A stretch of DNA of 62,713 nt, filler included. It is 4 parts of 4 records of this genome, joined end to end, with 100 filler letters (N's around TTAATTAATTAA, not from the genome) between each part and the next. Parts side by side here need not be neighbours in the genome. Positions count along the whole stretch, not along the records: positions 35,791 to 58,700 come from SRR20825010_4780; positions 58,801 to 62,713 come from SRR20825010_4781; 2 more parts are not named here. The stretch is one strand, 5' to 3'. The notes beneath the pieces are model-generated. The model had not been told where the DNA came from and searched no databases. It worked only from the letters and a program-made list of their open reading frames with translations. Position 1 is the first letter of the stretch, and every line of letters starts with the position of its first letter. Both the position numbers and the translations under genes were made by a program. Below, in pieces: positions 57,877 through 62,713 of this stretch.

Positions 57877-58700
57877 TTTGACGCGTAATTACCCACTGCT
57901 GGGCAATCGACAAAATGTTGTTAACAACCCAATACAGCACCAAACCCGCAGGGAAGAAAATGAACATGACCGAGAACACCAAGGGCATGATCATCATGAT
58001 TTTGGCCTGAACGGGATCAGGTGGCGTGGGGTTCAATCTGGTTTGGATGAACATGGTCACGGCCATGACCACAGGCAAAATGTAGAAGGGGTCTGGTGCA
58101 GCCAGATCGGTCACCCAGCCCAACCACGGCGCATTGCGCATTTCAACACTGGCCAGCAACACCCAGTACAAGGCAATGAATACAGGGATTTGAACCAGAA
58201 TGGGCATGCAACCGCCCAAGGGATTGATCTTCTCGCGTTTGTACATTTCCATCATGGCGCGCTGGAAGCCCATTTTGTCCTCGCCATACTGTTCCTTCAG
58301 TTTCTGCATGCGCGGGCCAACCTTTCGCATTTTTGCCATCGACTTGTAGCTTGCTGCAGACAGGGGGAAAAACGCCAACTTGATCAGGATGGTCAGCACC
58401 ACGATCGCCCAGCCCCAGTTGCCAATGTAGCCGTGAATTTTTTCAAGCAACCAGTAAATGGGTTGCGCAATCACGGTCAGCCAACCGTAGTCAACCACCA
58501 GGTCGAGGCCAGGTGACAATTCTTCAAGCACCCGTTGGTCTTGCGGACCTGTGTACAACTTGGCGGAATAAGTGGCGGTCTGTTCTGGAGCAACGGCGCC
58601 CAAACTGCTGACCAAGCCAACCGAATACAAATTGGCTTCAACCTGGCGCGTGTAGTTCTCGCGTGGGCCGTCTTGACCAATAATTGCAGACACGAAGTAG
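57848..58700 (-). CDS. yidC: Membrane protein insertase YidC, C-terminal part
   Basis: [21 protein letters not shown] and GLVLYW motifs. Confidence 0.97.
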
Positions 58701-58800
58701 NNNNNNNNNNNNNNNNNNNNNNNNNNNNNNNNNNNNNNNNNNNNTTAATTAATTAANNNNNNNNNNNNNNNNNNNNNNNNNNNNNNNNNNNNNNNNNNNN
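58701..58800. other. Artificial contig linker
   Basis: N-run with central TTAATTAATTAA. Confidence 0.99.
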
Positions 58801-59439
58801 GAATTTGGCAGTTGGCTGTTTCTTGGCGAGGTGTTTACGACCCTTGAGTTTGATGAGGCATCGGCGGAGATCGATCATTGCGGGTCGTGTTCGAAATGCC
58901 TGTCGGCCTGTCCGACCGATGCGTTTCCAGCCCCCTATAAGCTTGATGCGCGCAAATGTATCTCATACCTGACGATTGAGCATGACGGGTTGATCCCGAA
59001 ACAGTTTCGCAAAGCCATGGGCAATCGTATCTATGGCTGTGATGATTGTCTGGCAGCCTGTCCATGGAACAAGTTTGCCAGCCGCACTGAAGAACTGGCC
59101 TTTATCCCGCGTGCGGAACTGACAGCCCCCCGGTTGGCAGATTTTCTTGATCTGGATGACGGGGCGTTTCGGGCCTTCTTTACCGGATCACCGATCAAAC
59201 GGATCGGACGTGCGAAGTTCCTGCGCAATGTATTGATTGCTGCGGGCAATAGCGGTACGCCAAGCCTGATACCCCGGATCGAAAAATTGCTGATTGATGA
59301 AAGTGCCCTGATCCGTGGCAGTGCGGTGTGGGCCTTGGCGCAATTGATGGATGAAAACGGCTTTAACACGCTAAAGGCCAAGCATCTTGACCGCGAAGAA
59401 GACCAGAGTGTGCAAGCGGAATGGGATCAGGCCGCCTGA
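58801..59439 (+). CDS. queG: Epoxyqueuosine reductase, C-terminal part
   Basis: [21 protein letters not shown] and [13 protein letters not shown] motifs. Confidence 0.95.
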   Translation, partial: EFGSWLFLGEVFTTLEFDEASAEIDHCGSCSKCLSACPTDAFPAPYKLDARKCISYLTIEHDGLIPKQFRKAMGNRIYGCDDCLAACPWNKFASRTEELAFIPRAELTAPRLADFLDLDDGAFRAFFTGSPIKRIGRAKFLRNVLIAAGNSGTPSLIPRIEKLLIDESALIRGSAVWALAQLMDENGFNTLKAKHLDREEDQSVQAEWDQAA

Positions 59440-59445
59440 TCATCC

Positions 59446-60225
59446 TTACATGTCGAATTTCACGAAATCAAAATGGTAGCGAAGCCCGCCCGTCGGGTCT
59501 GAAAAGGCAATGCCATAGCCCGGTCCAAGTGGATTGCGGTCTTCAAGTTCTTCTTCTTTTTCATGGCGGAAATCAAGCGCTTCGCCGCTTTGCGTGCTGT
59601 TGCCCAGAATAAACGGAATGCCAAGCCATGTCCCCGTTGCTGGGCGGTGCAAATGGCCGAAAAACAGATGCTTGATCTGTGGGTTGATCGCGATGATTTC
59701 GCCCAGTTCCTTTTCCGCATCCAGACGAATGGTATCCATAAAAGGCAGGCCCATTTCAAATGGCGGATGGTGCATGAACAGAAATGTTGGCGTGTCCTTA
59801 TGGGCGGTCAATTCATCGCGGAGCCACCCAAGACGCTTATCGCATAATGTTCCGTGATGATGTCCCGGAACGATGCTGTCCATCATGACAAAGCGCACAC
59901 CATCAAACGTTTGGCCGAAATTAACAAAGCCGTTGGCATCAACGGATGTGGTCGGGAAAGCATCCTTGAATGCTTCGCGGATGTCATGATTACCCGGAAT
60001 GATGATATAGGGGATGGTAAGGTCAGAAAGGATATTGACCGCCTGTTCATATTGCTCGGGCGTGCCGCGATGGGTAATGTCGCCGGTTATCACACAAACT
60101 TCGGCATCGCGATGCAGCGTATTGATTTCACTGATCACTTTGCGCAACGTCGCGGCGGCATCGGGTTGGCGCGATCTGTCATTGCGGGCAAGAATATGAA
60201 GGTCGGAAAGATGTATGAATTTCAT
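59446..60225 (-). CDS. Calcineurin-like metallophosphoesterase (CpdA/GpdQ-like)
   Basis: SDLH, TGDI, GNHD, HHPP and GHLH motifs. Confidence 0.92.
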   Translation of the reverse strand: MKFIHLSDLHILARNDRSRQPDAAATLRKVISEINTLHRDAEVCVITGDITHRGTPEQYEQAVNILSDLTIPYIIIPGNHDIREAFKDAFPTTSVDANGFVNFGQTFDGVRFVMMDSIVPGHHHGTLCDKRLGWLRDELTAHKDTPTFLFMHHPPFEMGLPFMDTIRLDAEKELGEIIAINPQIKHLFFGHLHRPATGTWLGIPFILGNSTQSGEALDFRHEKEEELEDRNPLGPGYGIAFSDPTGGLRYHFDFVKFDM

Positions 60226-60300
60226 GGCGATGCCCTATCATGGCGGAAAGCATTTGAAATCATGTTCGTTTTTTCAAAACATGAAAAGATATAAACGCCG

Positions 60301-60576
60301 ATGGATGACACCGTTCGTAAAAGATCAGTGACAATTGCAGGCCATAGAACCAGTTTTTCACTTGAAGACGCGTTCTGGCAGGAACTTGTCGGTATTGCGG
60401 AACGCCGCGAGATCACCATGGCCGAACTGGTTGTCGAAATTGATTCCGCACGCGACGGGAATCTTTCAAGTGCCTTGCGCCTTTACATCTTGCGCGATCT
60501 TCAAAGCAAGTTGGCGGGGCAGGGGGACGGCGATGACACCATTTCACCAGACGACGATCCATTGGAACGAATCTAG
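60301..60576 (+). CDS. Ribbon-helix-helix domain protein
   Basis: KRSVTIAGHRTSFSLEDAFW...NLSSALRL. Confidence 0.88.
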   Translation: MDDTVRKRSVTIAGHRTSFSLEDAFWQELVGIAERREITMAELVVEIDSARDGNLSSALRLYILRDLQSKLAGQGDGDDTISPDDDPLERI

Positions 60577-60591
60577 GTAACGGTATCAAAG

Positions 60592-62508
60592 ATGTGCGCG
60601 ATTGCAGGGGCGACAGCACCGGATGATCAATTGGCCGTTGCCGGTATCTTGCAAAAGCAGCGTCATCGTGGACCGGATGGCAGGGATGTCTGGACTGATC
60701 CCGATGGGCGCGTCTCACTTGGCTGTGCACGTCTGGCAACAACCGATCTGACCCCACTTGCGCAACAACCCATCCAAAGCCGTGATGGTCGGTTCGTTCT
60801 GGCCTTTAACGGATATATTGCCGGTCATCGCCGCCTGATTACGGAATGTATGACGCAAGGAACAGCATTCAAAAGCCGGAACGATGCGGAACTTGTCCTG
60901 CATTTTCTGGCGCAGGCGGTTCAGGGTGGGCGCGATGTTGCCTCAGCACTTGAAAACCTGTCCGGGCAATATGCGTTGGCGTTCTGGGATTGCAAAGCGG
61001 GATGCTTGTGGCTGGTCCGTGATCCACTTGGGATCAAGCCGCTTTACGTCATGACGCGCCCGGATGGCGGGGTGGCCTTTGCATCTGAGGTTGGTGCGCT
61101 TGATGTAATCATTCCGCTGTCCTTTGATCAGGATGTTAAGGCAGGCTACTTCGCACATCTTTTCGTTCCGGCACCGCAAAGCGGTGTTTCGGGGATTGAG
61201 CTTTTACCGCCCGGAACGGTGTTGTCCTGGCAGGCAGATAAAACCACAAGATCGCGGATCAAGCATCCCGCCAGCAGGTCGCGTCCTTTGTCAGATCGGC
61301 AAACTGCCGTGGATAAGGTGCGTAAAGCTGTTCGGCAATCGGTTGCTGATGCACTGGATGCCGATTGTGCTGTTGGTGCGCTAGTATCTGGCGGGTTGGA
61401 TAGTGCTGGTGTATCGGCATTGGTCTGTGACGTGGCGCGTGAACGTGGGCAAGCATCGCCGTTGGCATTTGTCATGGGGTTTGACGATCCAAAGCGCGAT
61501 GAAACGGCGTTTGCACGTAACCTGTGTCGTCATACCGGGCAGGAATTGCACGTGATCAAAGCGCCCAAAACGGCCCCGGAAATTTACGATGCGCTTTGTG
61601 ATGGACTTCGCAGTGTTGGCGCGCCCTTTGCCAATCCGTCGATTGTTTTAATGCAGCGCCTTTCCGAAACGGTTGGCAATCATGTGCGGGTTTGTTTAAC
61701 GGGCGATGGCGGGGATGAGTTGTTTGGCGGCTATCCGCGCTATCGGGCGGCATTAATTTATCACCGTTATTGGCGGCATTTGCCCGTTGGCCTGCGCCGG
61801 TTGGCCGCATGCCTGTCGCGCCAGATGAGCATGCGAAACCTTCGCCGGTTTCTGGTGGGTGGGGCCGGGGGATTTGAGGATGCATTTGATGTCTGGAACA
61901 ATCGGTGTGCCATTCCGGAGCTGAACGCCCTTCTGTCCTATCCGCCCATTCAGGATCAGGAAGGTATTGGGCGAAACCTTGTCGATCTGATGATGCGGTT
62001 TGATCGGGATGTGACCTTGCCAGGCAATCAATTGGTGATGTCGGATCGTTGTGGCATGGCGCATGGCCTGGAATATCGATTGCCGCTGTTGGGTCATGAT
62101 GTGGTTGCCATTGCATCCATGATCACAGCTGATCAGCACCAGCATCAAGGGGCCAAGTCAGTCTGGCGGGAGGCCATTGCGCCATATCTTCCCAAAGGTC
62201 ATGCAGGGCGGTCTAAAATTGGCTTTAACCCGCCGGTCGAAGAATGGCTTACCAAGCTGGCCCGTTATATCTGGGGGGATGATGAAAGCATCCTTGCTGC
62301 CATTTTCGATGGGCAGAAGGTAGCAAAATCCGATCAACATCGATATTGGCAGCGTGCCATTTCAGGCAGGGACATCGATATGTCGCTTAGCATTTGGGCG
62401 CTTCTAGTTTGGCAGGTTTGGGGGATGCTTTTGGACGATACGCGACAGGCTGGTTCGATCAATCCCAAGAGAATATCAGATATGGGCGTCGCTGCTGAAA
62501 TTGCGTGA
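60592..62508 (+). CDS. asnB: AsnB-like glutamine-hydrolysing amidotransferase
   Basis: N-terminal Cys (MCAIAG), RHRGPD, SGGLDS and GDGGDELFGGY motifs; physiological substrate uncertain. Confidence 0.85.
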   Translation: MCAIAGATAPDDQLAVAGILQKQRHRGPDGRDVWTDPDGRVSLGCARLATTDLTPLAQQPIQSRDGRFVLAFNGYIAGHRRLITECMTQGTAFKSRNDAELVLHFLAQAVQGGRDVASALENLSGQYALAFWDCKAGCLWLVRDPLGIKPLYVMTRPDGGVAFASEVGALDVIIPLSFDQDVKAGYFAHLFVPAPQSGVSGIELLPPGTVLSWQADKTTRSRIKHPASRSRPLSDRQTAVDKVRKAVRQSVADALDADCAVGALVSGGLDSAGVSALVCDVARERGQASPLAFVMGFDDPKRDETAFARNLCRHTGQELHVIKAPKTAPEIYDALCDGLRSVGAPFANPSIVLMQRLSETVGNHVRVCLTGDGGDELFGGYPRYRAALIYHRYWRHLPVGLRRLAACLSRQMSMRNLRRFLVGGAGGFEDAFDVWNNRCAIPELNALLSYPPIQDQEGIGRNLVDLMMRFDRDVTLPGNQLVMSDRCGMAHGLEYRLPLLGHDVVAIASMITADQHQHQGAKSVWREAIAPYLPKGHAGRSKIGFNPPVEEWLTKLARYIWGDDESILAAIFDGQKVAKSDQHRYWQRAISGRDIDMSLSIWALLVWQVWGMLLDDTRQAGSINPKRISDMGVAAEIA

Positions 62509-62713
62509 TCTGGAATACAGGTTTAGCGCGGTCAAGGCCGTCGGGGCCAGTTGCACCACCTGACGCGACAGGGCAAAAATGCGGTTCTCGTCCAGCTGGC
62601 TGTCTTCAAAGATCGATTGGGTGGTTTCGCACAATTCAGAAAGTTGACGCAGGCCAAACGTGCCGGATGTGCTTTTGAGAACATGCACTTCGTTGCGCAC
62701 CGTCGTCAGGTCA
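62476..62713 (-). CDS. C-terminal Hpt domain of a 5'-truncated signalling protein
   Basis: EVHVLKSTSGTFG Hpt motif; frame runs off the window edge. Confidence 0.78.
   Translation of the reverse strand, partial: DLTTVRNEVHVLKSTSGTFGLRQLSELCETTQSIFEDSQLDENRIFALSRQVVQLAPTALTALNLYSRSRNFSSDAHI

Overview
The window is not one replicon. It is four unrelated contigs joined by three 100-nt artificial linkers (N-runs around TTAATTAATTAA). (1) 1-28801 is a GC-rich gammaproteobacterial housekeeping region, Alcanivorax-like by my recall of gene content: sucCD, htpG, gpsA, sixA, xthA, amt, prmB, aroC, leuC. It also holds a candidate sRNA, a pore-less voltage-sensor-like protein upstream of a REC protein and a Ser/Thr kinase, and a degenerate REC-GGDEF protein. 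(2) 28902-35690 is an AT-richer Bacteroidota-like fragment with an ABC permease, a signal-peptide-less protein-glutaminase-like enzyme, a tandem-operator promoter driving a small ORF, and a split two-kinase hybrid two-component system. (3) 35791-58700 is a betaproteobacterial (Limnobacter-like) origin-proximal region: atpIB, parAB, rsmG, mnmG, pckG, mnmE, yidC. Two inverted parS sites bracket two ~186-nt fold-back elements, and a ~9-kb phosphorelay cluster carries twin LuxR-type regulators. (4) 58801-62713 is an alphaproteobacterial (Thalassospira-like) fragment: queG, a metallophosphoesterase, an RHH protein, an AsnB-like amidotransferase and an Hpt domain. I saw no rRNA, tRNA, CRISPR array, transposase, integrase or reverse transcriptase. 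All family and taxon assignments come from motif recognition by eye, not from database searches.
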